DNA of 60,968 nucleotides, filler included, from Globobulimina sp. (GCA_003354225.1; 18 parts of 18 records of this genome joined end to end with filler, not necessarily neighbours in it); one strand, 5' to 3'; positions 47,509 through 59,497 are shown, numbered from the whole stretch's first letter. A program made the numbers and translations. The notes: generated by a model not told the origin, from the letters alone.

Positions 47509-48074
47509 ACCATCACCAACCAATAATAAATATGGTCCGGCTCTATGACCTTTTACAAAGCCTGTTAATATATTTTGTTTTTGATCAAGACGCAGATTTA
47601 AAGTGTTGACCCAATTTTGTGTATCATTCATGTTCCACTCTTTAATTTCTTTTGATTTCCAGCCATTTGCTGCATTATTTGCGTTTTGATAACAATAGGT
47701 TGTGTCATATTGTTGCATGCGTTGTGCCATTTTATTAGAATTCAATTGAATAAATTTTTGTTGATTTGATAATAATCGGGCATTATACTCCATGTTTACC
47801 TTTCTTACGGTATTAACTAAAAATTGAGCAATAGGTCCATCTACACCAAAATTATTGTTTAAATAGGTCCATTTAAATAAATTTAACATTTTTTCTTTTG
47901 TGTTTGCATGTAATAACTTAAAACCTGTGATTTTATTGAATCATTGATTATCACAGACGTACTTAAATCAATTATCGTTTCTTCATTGAGTGGGAGTGAC
48001 TTTATCCATATTGAGACTGCCTCATCATCCCAAACATGAATTGGTGATTTTTTTATCGCAGTCAATGTCAGCAT
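47509..48074 (-). CDS. Tandem SAM-like domain protein, 3'-partial, frameshifted at about 47935-47947
   Basis: IHVWDDEAVSIWIKSL...NKITGFKLL and IKEWNMNDTQNWVNTL...RAGPYLL (SAM W...(D/E)V..W and I.G..LL). Confidence 0.6.
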
Positions 48075-48354
48075 TGTCTGACTCAGTGTTGTGTGCTTTG
48101 TAAAGATTTTGTGAAAAAAACTGTACGTACAGGTTATATAATTGACTGTCAAGCCGAGGAGTATGTTGATTAAGCTATTTATTGTCAGTATTTTTTCAAT
48201 CCAAACAGCAGGAACACTATTAAATGATAATATATTTGTGAAAATTGAATTGGATTATAGTATTTTACAACCAATCGTAATCAAACAAAAGTGCGGATTT
48301 ATAGATGAAATAAATGATTGACATTAAAAATGTTTGTCTACAAAACCTAAAGCG

Positions 48355-50215
48355 ATGATGTCTTCATCATGCAAACTGCTACTTGCACTGTGCATGCTCA
48401 TTCCCAAACGTATGACAAACCACCTTTCCATCGTACTCACGTTCACACAATAAATAAAACACCCATCATTACAGGCATATCCATCGACGTTTCCTTCCTC
48501 ACAGATCAACAAACATCCTGTACCGGAGCAGGAGCATCCGACACTTGTACAATGACCTGCGATGACACCAAATCCATCAACAAAGATTATTACTGTCTAA
48601 ACGCAGGAACGTGCATTGTCCACTGCACCATCGACACTTGTTTAGATGGAGCAACCATAGATGCCACCTCCAGCAACACATTATTTGTATACTCCTCCAG
48701 CGCAGAATGTTACCGCGATGTTGTTGTCACAGCACCAAATCACGGCTCTGCCTATTTTCTGCCAGACCCTGCAGCCGCCACTGTGGACGAAAAGTTGTTC
48801 AAAAGAATGGACATCGTCGCAGGCTCCAATACGGAATTAATCCATATCGAATGTGCTCGAGGCGACACAGGCTCTGAAGATTGCCGCCAAGTGGATGTAG
48901 ATGCTCGCACAGCACAGCGATTAGAAATAACAGGCTCTGGGATATGGGCGGGCGACAATGGCAACATTGTGCAATGTCCGCAAAACAGTATATATGGACC
49001 ACAGCCAACGTGTATTATCGATATTGATACTGTGAATGGCGGGACATTTACAACTTTGAATGGCATCCCGGATGATGTTCTAATTACATCCAATACCATG
49101 AGCAGTGTGAAAATAACTTGCAATTCAGGCGATGTGACAAAGTCTGGCACTATGGATGACTTTATTGGTAGTGCTTGCTGGCAAACTTTAGACCCAACGA
49201 ATGATCCCACACTTGACCCTACAACTGACCCCAGTCGCGATCCAACTACTGATCCAACACTTGATCCCACTCAGGACCCAACCCGTGATCCAACTCGTGA
49301 TCCTACGCATGTCCCTACTACTGACCCTACTCAGGACCCTACCCAGGACCCAACTCGTGATCCAACAGTGGATCCTACGCATGAGCCTACTCGTAATCCT
49401 AGTGTCAGTCCAACTGGCGAGACTACTGCGCCTACAAAAAGCCCGACTAGTGACCCTACGAAAACGCCAAGTGAAGCCCCCACCCAATCTCCGAGCACGG
49501 CTCCATCTGCGAGTCCTACCACTGCCCCCACGAGACCTGCTGGGGCTGTTGATGATGATTATACCACTACAGAAACGGACGAAGGCGTTGTGGATCAGGA
49601 GAATGAAAAGCTATCGGATGTGAGTGAAAATATGCAACAGATATGGATGTTTGCGTTGGCAGCAGCGAGTGTTGTGGTGTTGTGTTCTCTCGCAAGTATG
49701 TTTTGTTTCTGTTGGATTTGGAAGAATGTATATAGCAAATTGTATAAACAGTATTATGTGTGTGGAGGTATAATAAATCAAAAGCTAAGGCAACTAATAT
49801 TAAAACCGCAGTCAATATGCTTCAAATGAACAGAATGGAGAGAATAGATTCCGGCACATGTACGCATGTCAACAGCACCAGCAACGAAATAGTAACAAAC
49901 CCATCGAGCCCACAATTGGAAGAAGCACATGTTTCTGGTGGCTTTGCACAGAATTTAAGTTCGAGTGTAGTGGCAGCAAATGTTTTGATGGACGATGTCG
50001 TGCATTTTATTTCGACGCCACGGGGACCGGCGGAGAATGATAGCACACCGCCGCAGAATGCATTGGAGTTTGATGATGGCACTCATACAAAGTCTGATGA
50101 AGTGGATGATGAGATTATCATTATAATGGCAAGTCATTTGGAAACGGCAAAAAGTGTTATTATATGTGGCATAAAAACCACATATTTAATAAATCCCATG
50201 TGTGATATGCAATAA
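48355..50215 (+). CDS. Type I membrane protein: signal peptide, Cys-rich ectodomain, DPT/PT-repeat stalk, TM helix, acidic tail; introns 48410-48474, 49696-49751
   Basis: Splicing gives MMSSSCKLLLALCMLIPKRISID at the N-terminus and IWMFALAAASVVVLCSLAILCVWRYNKSK as TM plus stop-transfer. Both introns are GTATG...CAG and in phase. Confidence 0.8.
49190..49535 (+). repeat. Coding 12-bp tandem repeat (x-D-P-T / x-x-P-(S/T) tetrapeptides)
   Basis: DPTN DPTL DPTT DPSR ... APTR, more than 25 units. Confidence 0.95.
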
Positions 50216-50265
50216 CGTGAATTTTTGATTGTGTGTAATTAAATTTATATATCACTTGCAGTCCC

Positions 50266-50799
50266 TCATAGGCTTGGACCATCGAAAAAAAAAATGGTTT
50301 TTATCCAAGTTAATAAATCTTTATTTGTCCAATTTTTTACATGTTTGGTATTGGATGTTTTGGATGATATATCTGTTGAGCTTGTTTTGGGATTTCTCAT
50401 TCGTGCCATCACATTATTTGATATCGATTGCTTTACATTATAATGCTTTGTATTGGTTCGAATGATATCCAATGAAGACAGTATTTGTGCTGCGGTCTTC
50501 TGTTTAATTTCAAATGAATCCATAACCTCCGATACTACACTCATAGAATTAAAGTCAGCACCGCTAACTTCCTGATCTGATATGGCTTCCACCACTTTTT
50601 CCACATATTTATTTTTTAAACCAAGAGTATGAATCCATTCTTGTAACTCACCACAGGTCCACGTATCAATATGTTTAGCTTTCCACGCTGGATTTGTACC
50701 ATAAGGTAGTTTAGTGTATGGATTTCGAATTCTTTTCCTAATCTCATGGCTCCCAAACCATTTATCGAATTTTACATCGACCCATTTCTCAGTTAACCA
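50266..50799 (-). CDS. Tandem SAM-like domain protein fragment
   Basis: HIDTWTCGELQEWIHTL...DQEVSGADF and HVKNWTNKDLLTWIKTI. The second SAM stops at a poly-T run. Confidence 0.6.
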   Translation of the reverse strand, partial: WLTEKWVDVKFDKWFGSHEIRKRIRNPYTKLPYGTNPAWKAKHIDTWTCGELQEWIHTLGLKNKYVEKVVEAISDQEVSGADFNSMSVVSEVMDSFEIKQKTAAQILSSLDIIRTNTKHYNVKQSISNNVMARMRNPKTSSTDISSKTSNTKHVKNWTNKDLLTWIKTIFFFDGPSL

Positions 50800-50990
50800 N
50801 NNNNNNNNNNNNNNNNNNNNNNNNNNNNNNNNNNNNNNNNNNNTTAATTAATTAANNNNNNNNNNNNNNNNNNNNNNNNNNNNNNNNNNNNNNNNNNNNT
50901 GTAAACTATTAGACTACTGCTAAGTAACTATTTTCTGAGAGGTAACTCATAAAACTTCAGTTACAGGGCACTTACGCTTTAGTTTGCCAA

Positions 50991-51060
50991 CTTTGAATCG
51001 GTTTTTAGATAATGAATTTAACCCAATTAAGTATTAAATTCATATGAAACCGATTCAAAG
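50991..51060. repeat. Hairpin with 14-bp outer and 10-bp inner stems
   Basis: CTTTGAATCGGTTT / AAACCGATTCAAAG and ATGAATTTAA / TTAAATTCAT. Confidence 0.8.
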
Positions 51061-51169
51061 CAATCTAAAATTCGCCTCTCGATTTACGTTTTTCATTTTT
51101 TGTTTTGAAGGATTTGGAATGAATATGGAATGGACATGGTTGTCATTTTTATTTCATTGATGGATGGAT

Positions 51170-51282
51170 ACGCCAATTAATATTACGGCCAATAATATGG
51201 CCAATATCACAACCAATAATACAGCAAATATCACGGTCAATATCATGCACGGCCAAATATTACGGCCAATAATACGCCAAAT
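51170..51282. repeat. Degenerate 12-13-bp tandem repeat (ACGGCCAATAAT-like)
   Basis: About 8 variants of (T/C)ACGGCCAATA(A)T upstream of the EH gene. Confidence 0.7.
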
Positions 51283-51307
51283 GATTTATCAGTTTTAAAC
51301 GGCACAA

Positions 51308-53476
51308 ATGTCTGCATCGCGATAACAAATCAAGCAAATACAATACAATCACCGCTACAATAATACATACGACAACGGACAACCACTACGAAGAGAAACA
51401 AATTAAATTGAAACAAACGCGACATTCACATTTTTATCAGACCTCAACGACATAATCTTTAATGATATCGAATGCAATGCATTTATACTAAATGGCGATG
51501 CAAATGCAGAGTTTGAACGTACGTATTTTGTTGATTTCTTGATCAAATCGATATTATGCCAGTTTGCATTGATTTTAAACATAGATATGCTGTACACACA
51601 CGATTACAGTCGCGATGAGTTTAATATTTTATTTCGTTTAATTTCAATGCATTGCAACAACATCAATCAATCATTTATGAGCTTCCTCGACTATCAATCT
51701 ATGATTGTGAGCTTACCGCACATTAAATTGCCACATGGATTCATCCATTATTTACAAGACAGATTACTAAAATTGAACATTAATTATAGCCAAAAAGCAA
51801 GAAAAACAGAAAGCAAATTCACCGAAACAACACAGTCAACAATGATTAATTTGAACGAGTTTGAAGCGCAGAAACACAACAAAACAAATGATCGAAATGA
51901 GGAGATATTTTCACATTTATTCAAGTTTTACAATGGTTCACACGAATATATGTCACAAGAGCTGGCCGTAGAAATGCTAACGTCCTCCAAATTAAGTCAA
52001 GAGATATTAGAAATGATATGGAACGAATCCAAACTTAATAACGATGAGCTCGATGAGTATGAATGTGATGGCTTGAACGAATATGAATTTATTATCTCTC
52101 TGCAATTGACCTCGTTGGCACAGCAATGTTTGCCGTACAATAAATATTATTTATTGTCCTACAAAAAAATTAAATACATCTGTTTACCGTCGATATTCAT
52201 CGACATTGCTTTCAGCAAATACATGAAAAATATGAAACCGGGCAAGAATATGAACAAAAGATACAAATACAAGCTGTACAACCGCCCGTTGAGCAAATTG
52301 ATCCCATACATCCCAACGAGCCACATTGAGAATTTTATGATTTATTTCGACAAAATGGACCGCAAAAAACGAGGCTATCTCTCTGGCCATGTGATTGGGC
52401 GTTTTTTTCGAAAGTCGCAATTAAACGAATCGATTTTGGCCAAAGTTTGGGATTTGAGCGACATTGACAATGACGGCAAATTATGCGCGCGCGAATTTTG
52501 TATCGCAATGCATTTAATCAATTGTGTGAGACAAGGCGCGCCGTTACCAAATTATTTGCCGCGTTCATTGCTGTCACGCGATGGCGACAGCAATGGGAAC
52601 AAAAATAATACGCCTTTTACAGAGAGCCATTTGAGCACAAAGCAGATATCCTCGCTGGCCATGGGCCAATATGTCGATTTTCGCACAGAAAACGGGAAAT
52701 ATGGCGCCATGGAAATAGTGAACGTCAGCGGTGCCAGCATCAATTTGTTGGATGAAAACGACATTATTCAGCACTGCAATTACAAGAAAGATATGAATCG
52801 TTTTGCCAAATATAAGTCGATTACAATGCGGCGAGTGACGAGGAAGAATATGGTGTCATTTGCGTGCGGCGATGTGGTTGATGTCAATGTGAGCAATGAG
52901 TGGAAGTTAGGCGTGATTTGTGAGCTCGATATCGGCCAAGCTCTGATCCAAATTATCAATGATAGCAACATGCATTGGGTGCATTTGGACAATGTGTTCG
53001 AAGTGGCGCCGCCAAATACGTACACCAGTTATACGAGCCACACTCATTCGAGTTCGAATTACAATGTCGGCACTAAAAAGAGAAAGAAAATGAAAGCGAG
53101 AAAAAAGTCAAAAAGGGAAAATAGTGCGACGAACTCTGCTGGATTTGTGATGATTAATTATCCGGAAAATCAGAGTGTGAGTCATACGCAGCAGACGCAG
53201 GAGAATGAGATGAATGAATATCATCGACCGGTGATTCAATTTGGTGGCACTGAGACTGATAAAGAGGTCCAATATGTGTTGAAAACGCTAAATACATCGG
53301 GTAGGAAACATAGCTATCACTCATTGACTCAGAATGAAAATATGAATCACAAACCGGATCTACAAAATCAACAATATTCCAATACGGCGCCGTCTACGCC
53401 CATTAAACTCACTGTCAAACGCTATAAATATCAGGCACGAAAACAGAAAAATAAAAGTAAACGTGACTATATTTGA
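51308..53476 (+). CDS. EH-domain (Eps15 homology) protein with tandem Tudor/Agenet-like domains; 5' end uncertain (apparent indels 51320-51406)
   Basis: Canonical EH: FDKMDRKKRGYLSG...FFRKSQLNESILAKVWDLSDIDNDGKLCAREFCIAMHLI...LPNYLPRSL. A second degenerate EH lies upstream. GQYVDFRTENGKY and GDVVDVNVSNEWKLGVI are barrel-type motifs. Confidence 0.85.
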
Positions 53477-53709
53477 CCTGCGGATTGTTTTTTTCTCTCA
53501 TTTTTAATTTTCTTTTATTGTTATTTTTTATTTGTTTTAAATTGTTTAATTGGAATGTTTTTTCTATTTTCATGCTGATTTGATTTAATATACAGCCTCA
53601 AACACAGCTCGTTGCAATTTCCCGAGGCTTAGGCTTTACTTTCCTTCTTACAGTGGCCACACTGACTATTTTTAATTTATTATATTTACGGTTTGATGAT
53701 ACCTTGGTT

Positions 53710-54189
53710 TTAATCCTTGCGATTCACAATCATATAAACAAATTAAATTATGGTCCAATAATTATGTCAATTTATCAGTTAACAATGCAGGAATTAGTGA
53801 TGCGCAAAATCCAAATTTAGAGAAAGCATCAATTGGTGGATGGGATTACAATAAATATGATGAAATTAAATTTAAGAACACCTTTTATATTTATATAGAT
53901 GGAAATATAATTAATATCAGTTCAATTGCATCGAATGATGCTAGCATGTATACAGTGAATATGACATATTCTGTGTCGATGTGCAAGGTGCACAGTGATA
54001 ACTAAATGTATATAGTTATCTTTTGGATCCTACAGACTGTAATACTTGTGGTTGGACGTTTTTCTTTGTAAATATTAATAATATTGTAAAGCTAGGTCCT
54101 AAAGCTAGCTCCTTTTCCTTAATGATAATATTTATGGTTTCTGCTTTCTTGATTGGTTTCATGGGACAAAAACGCATATTGCTGGACCT
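53710..54189 (+). CDS. Fragment of an unknown membrane protein; probable intron about 53949-54016
   Basis: Open frame NPCDSQSYKQIKLWSNNY... splices to YLLDPTDCNTCGW...SLMIIFMVSAFLIGFM. No clear start. Confidence 0.35.
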
Positions 54190-54289
54190 NNNNNNNNNNN
54201 NNNNNNNNNNNNNNNNNNNNNNNNNNNNNNNNNTTAATTAATTAANNNNNNNNNNNNNNNNNNNNNNNNNNNNNNNNNNNNNNNNNNNN

Positions 54290-55768
54290 TCCATTATTAT
54301 GGCGTGTCGATGACGATTTCTTTGATTTAAATCTTGGTTTTTTAACGCCCAATGACTTCGTAGTCGGTCGCTTTGTTAATTTTGGTATACGCACTTTAGA
54401 TGGAACCGGCACAATTTTCTCAATGGAGATCCTCGGTGATACGTTGACCTGTGTTGGGATATTTTTATCCAAAGTGTTGTTCCTTTTCATTGGCCGAGCA
54501 TCAAAATTTGCAGTTTCATAAGTAGTGCGATGCACTTTTGCATTTTTCGGTTTCTTTTTATTTTTATGTTTGGCTTTTGTTGTAGTCCGAAATGAATGTG
54601 AATTGGATAAACTTTGTTGACGTTGAGACTTATCGATAGTTTTAACATCGTTGACATGACGCGATTGCGGAGATTTTAAGTTATTGATTTCGACGTCAAC
54701 CTCGTTTTCTTCATTCAATTTTTCTAATATATTATCATTGCGTTCCTCAAATTGCTCAGTTAGATTCTTGACCACATTGCTACCGATTAGTGATCGCAAA
54801 GATGTTCTAGTTATTAGGTTTGGTGCTTGTTCGTATGTTAATAGTGTATGCGTGGCTGCAATGGGTGTGCCATTCACAGATATTTGAATGTATGACTCGC
54901 TGCTCATTAATGGATCTAGATCTGCCTCATGGATATTGTCGTCTTCATCCAATACTTATATGTATATACAAAACAAAACCAAAAACAAATGTTACTCATG
55001 CAACCAAACAGTACGTCAAGTTTGTGAAAGGTGAATGGAATTTATGAGGGTCAGTCGCCATTTTTACAGCAACGCCATGCTTAAGATAAGTTTCACTGAA
55101 AACAATGACACTTTACACACTCTAAAATTTTTACAAAAACGTTAAGATGAAAGATAGATATATTTAAACATACATAAATCTGTATCAAGGATGAGATCGC
55201 TGGGACTCAATGGTTTGTCGTCACTGTCTGTTGGTTCAGGTGTTATTTCTGCTACATTTATGTCCTCGTTTTGATGATATTCATCCATAGATTTAATGTC
55301 GTTATCATTTGATGGCGAACTCAGTTGTTGTTCTATTATTTGTTGATTTAGTTTAAATATTTCCTCATTTAATATTTTTATTGTCTCATCTTGTTGTTTT
55401 CGTACTGTTTTTAACTTATTATTCTCTTTGAGTATCACGTTGAAGTTTTCTAGTAATTTGTCGTATTTATTTAAAAAGGAACGTGATATCGATGCAAAAT
55501 TGTCCCGTATTTTGTCGCCTAAATTATGTTTTATATGCATATGGCCACAATTGTTATCTTCATTATCTTCATAAAAGTCACTCTGTGTATTTATGCTGTC
55601 TTCTTTTTCCTTTTCCTCCTTTTCTTCCATTGCATACTTTGCTTTGTTTTGGTTCTGGTGGTTTATGATTGTTTGTGGTAATATATTATGATGAGATGCT
55701 TCTTTATCGTATATATCATCTTGGCTCTGCGATTTTGAATCTTCTTGCGTTATATTTGCCATCTTCAA
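54290..55768 (-). CDS. Hypothetical low-complexity/coiled-coil protein, 3'-partial, two short introns (about 55122-55174 and 54955-55014)
   Basis: ORFs 55142-55768 and 54290-54952 are bridged by a short exon flanked by GTA...AG introns. Confidence 0.55.
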
Positions 55769-55838
55769 TGTTTTTGATAGTGCAGAATAACCTCAGTGTT
55801 TTTTTCCGTTTCTTTGCAGTTTTTCCAGAAGCAATATA

Positions 55839-57579
55839 ATGGCCGACGAAGGTGTGTTATTTTCATGTTGCATACGTAAACGAACATACCATTAATCTCA
55901 AAAATAAATTAATTCAGTGCTGGCAGCATATATTGCACAATATGGCAGTGCGCCACAAGTACCAAATCATTTATTAAAATTCAGTCGTTCCAGGGCAGAT
56001 CTTCCAACGTTAAATTACAGCACCGCCAGACAGGCAATATCAGATTGCAAATTGCAACAAAAATATGAGTCAATAAATAAAACGAAAAAGTCATCAAATA
56101 AATCTAAATCAGCAAACAAATATAATATTACACCCAAAGCCCATCAGACATCGCCAACTCCATTAGACGAGAAAGTGGATGACGATGCTCTGGAATTATC
56201 AGCTAATAATCGTGAGAATAAAAGCATAGTTATTGATAATGGTACATCATTATTAAAAATAGGCTATGTTGGCGATAAGGCGCCAATATCAATGTTTAAG
56301 CCCACGCAAATCTCAAAGGGTCGAATATTAAACAAAAATCCGATCAGCAGAGGAATTGTGGTGGATTTATATAAGATTGAAGATGTATACAGACACGCTT
56401 TTAAAAACATATTATGTTTATCTGAGGATGAATTGCGCGAATATTGCGTTATTATGAACTGTGCGGCATTTAATCCGAGGCAAACTGCGGAACAATTATG
56501 CGAATTAATGATGGAAACGTTTAATGTGAAGCAATTTTTTATTTCATCCGCAGCAGTTTTGTCATTATATGCGGTACAAAAAGTGTCCGGATTAGTGATC
56601 GAATCTGGTGGCGGATTGACACAATGTGTGCCCATTTGGAAAGGGGTCCCGGTGGCGCAGGCATGTAAGCGATTAGATGTTGGTGGCAATGATATTGATG
56701 AATATTTGTTTGATTTATTGAAAAATAAATATACCACAGTTGCGAGTCAGATTGATTTGAAAATATGTAAACAAATTAAGGAGAAGTATGGTTACATCGC
56801 ACTTGATTATAGGAAGGAGTCTGCAAAGAAAGTGGAATATCAATTATCTGATAATATGATCAAAATTGGAGATGAAAGATTTAAGGTAAGTACAATCTAT
56901 GTAACATGTCCTCAGTTGTTTGCTTTTGATCATATACAAATTATATAAGTGTGGGGAACTATTATTGAGCTACTTGCATGCAAACAGTATTGATAAGCAA
57001 ATATTTAATAGTATCATGGCGTGCGATGTGGATATTCGTAAGCAGTTATTCAACAATATTGTCATAAGTGGTGGTACAATGTGTATTTCCGGATTCAAAA
57101 ATAGATTAAACAATGAATTGATACAGTTATGCAAAGCAAGTACGATAAAAAAGACACAAAAATATGCCAAGAAAATAAATATTTTGGTTGATAAGTCGCG
57201 GGATATATTATCATGGAAAGGGGGCAGTATTTTTGGATCTTTGCCTGGCTTTTCCGAGATGTGGTATACGAGAGAAGAGTATTTGGAGAATGGCAGTGCG
57301 TTGTCAACAAAGATTGAGAACAGTAATATATTTTTTTACGATGATTATTCGCCAAAAGAAGTTGATTTAAAAGAGATACAAAACTATAATAAAACCTATC
57401 GACGACGGACTGTTTCTGTTTATTGCCATAAGAATAGTATTACTGCAGTGGACCCAATGTATAATAATGCATATTCGGGCACGAGTATTGGCATAAATAG
57501 TAATATCAAAATTGAGCCATGGAATGACAATGATACAAAGGAGGATATAAATGACAAATATGGCGGTGATGGGATCAAT
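55839..57579 (+). CDS. Divergent actin-like protein with N- and C-terminal extensions, 3'-partial; introns 55852-55917, 56886-56949
   Basis: IVIDNGT...KIGY.GD..P, METFNV, AVLSLYA, GLVIESGGG.T..VPI, IKEKYGYIALDY, spliced ERFKCGELL, SIMACDVDIRKQLFNNIVISGG and SWKGGSI. Confidence 0.92.
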
Positions 57580-57679
57580 NNNNNNNNNNNNNNNNNNNNN
57601 NNNNNNNNNNNNNNNNNNNNNNNTTAATTAATTAANNNNNNNNNNNNNNNNNNNNNNNNNNNNNNNNNNNNNNNNNNNN

Positions 57680-59497
57680 TTAGAGGTTGAGCGGTGTAAC
57701 AAAATATTGACTTTGTTACGAGATAAATTTGATGATTTTAGAAAGCGTCCGAATGCGAAACAGATCGTGAAAATTGATCAGATATCGGAGAATTTGAAAG
57801 CTTTTTTTTTGGATTATGCCGGTTTGGATATTTATAACGATAAGAAATATGTGATATCGTTTGAGAAAATTGTCAAAATATTTGAAAATGTGCGCCAAAT
57901 TCATTTGGTAAATGCATATAAATTCGATGACTTAGCATTGGATAATTTGGTACAATATTTGTTTAAAAATCCGACCAATAAATTAAAAGTAATTAAATTC
58001 TTATATTATGATTGTGAGCTTACGTCGTTGCAAAACAACAAAGTTGCAAAATTAAAGGAAATATCATTGAAGCGATTGAATGCAATGAAGTGGGATATTA
58101 AAGTTAAAAAAAATGGAAAAACAGGGTATGAAATCAAGTTATTTTGCATTGAAACAGATAAGAAAATGAGACGACATTCAAAGAAAAAACCAAAACACGA
58201 AATCAATGGATATGAAGCACAGTTATCATCCTTTAAAATCTCCCAATTATTAACAAATCGAATCGCGACGGGAATCCGAGAGAGAATACCGAGAGAAGCG
58301 AATGATGCGTCATCATATATTCATAGTTATATGATAAAAGCGAGCTCATTGCACGACGACAAATACAATACATTTTCCACCGAAAAGCATGGACATTTTG
58401 AGATTTATGATTATGATTTGCATGATATTACGACGGGGGAAAAACTATATTTTGTGGCAAAAAATGTGTTAAAACCAAAGAAAGAACGCGGTTTTACAAA
58501 GAAATTATTGGATCAAATATTCAATGCAAATGATATTAAAAACGAGTTTGATATTTTAAAATGTCAATTGCCGACGTTATGGAAGATCCGGCCATGTTTT
58601 GCCAAACAATTACATCGCAAACAGTGTATGGTGAATATACTGAAAAACAAATGTTATATGGAACGGTTGATAGAGAAAATACGGTGGCACAAAGAGGATA
58701 AAGTACCCATTTACAATAAACATGAAAATAAAAACCGAATCACATATTCGATCGAAAAGGAAGATTTTATTGCAGAGTTGATTGAGTTTATGAAAAGTGA
58801 CAAAAATATTAGTTTGGTCCCAGTATTAATACGGAATCAAAGCGTCGGCCATCACGTCGAATTTATGCAAATGGTGACAATTAAAATAAAACAATATCAA
58901 TGTACCTGCGATATTGCGTTGTCCTATGAATACGAAACAAAAAACAGTATAAAAATAGTGGGCATTTATTTGGATAAATGTTTTATTTTAAGTCAACATC
59001 AATTGATCTGTGAATGTCGTAAATGCGAATGTTTACAGAATTTCAAGTCAAACATTGATCATTTGACCATTGGGAATCCTGATCATTACAAAAATAATAT
59101 GAATAAATCCAACAAACGATGCCAAGAGCTGAGAAGAGAAAATAAAGAGATTAAGAAAAGGCTGAAACTAAAACCTGCCAAATTGAGCATGAATAATGTT
59201 CACAGCATTTCAGCTCAAGTTAGAGTTGATGTTGATATTAATGAGGACATTGAGGTACCGCCATCGAGTGCGGTCTGTGAGGATCTGCATTCTATGCAAA
59301 TGCAATTGCAATTGGCGCAGGATGCTGACGAAGTTGAAAAAGAAAAAACTGTGAAGTCTGGTACTAAACTCAATGCGCATGCAACCCCATTTAAACCAAC
59401 GTCTGTGAGGGTGTCAACGTTGGATCCCATCGAAGAAGGAGTCTGTATGGACCTTCACATAACAATGTCCATTACAGATCCAACAAAACAAAGTTAA
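57680..59497 (+). CDS. Hypothetical protein, 5'-partial
   Basis: About 600-aa uninterrupted ORF. A PAM2-like LNAHATPFKP occurs near the C-terminus; no other motif recognised. Confidence 0.65.
   Translation, partial: LEVERCNKILTLLRDKFDDFRKRPNAKQIVKIDQISENLKAFFLDYAGLDIYNDKKYVISFEKIVKIFENVRQIHLVNAYKFDDLALDNLVQYLFKNPTNKLKVIKFLYYDCELTSLQNNKVAKLKEISLKRLNAMKWDIKVKKNGKTGYEIKLFCIETDKKMRRHSKKKPKHEINGYEAQLSSFKISQLLTNRIATGIRERIPREANDASSYIHSYMIKASSLHDDKYNTFSTEKHGHFEIYDYDLHDITTGEKLYFVAKNVLKPKKERGFTKKLLDQIFNANDIKNEFDILKCQLPTLWKIRPCFAKQLHRKQCMVNILKNKCYMERLIEKIRWHKEDKVPIYNKHENKNRITYSIEKEDFIAELIEFMKSDKNISLVPVLIRNQSVGHHVEFMQMVTIKIKQYQCTCDIALSYEYETKNSIKIVGIYLDKCFILSQHQLICECRKCECLQNFKSNIDHLTIGNPDHYKNNMNKSNKRCQELRRENKEIKKRLKLKPAKLSMNNVHSISAQVRVDVDINEDIEVPPSSAVCEDLHSMQMQLQLAQDADEVEKEKTVKSGTKLNAHATPFKPTSVRVSTLDPIEEGVCMDLHITMSITDPTKQS

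Noticed and set aside
49190-49535. CRISPR-like array
   Set aside because: These are 12-bp coding repeats with synonymous variation and no unique spacers or cas genes. The other tandem repeats (16165, 19298, 51170) also lack spacers.
1-53476. A membrane-trafficking gene cluster (Rav1, NSF, FYVE, NCKAP1, COG5, PI3K, EH)
   Set aside because: The genes are on separate contigs ordered only by length, so co-occurrence is accidental.
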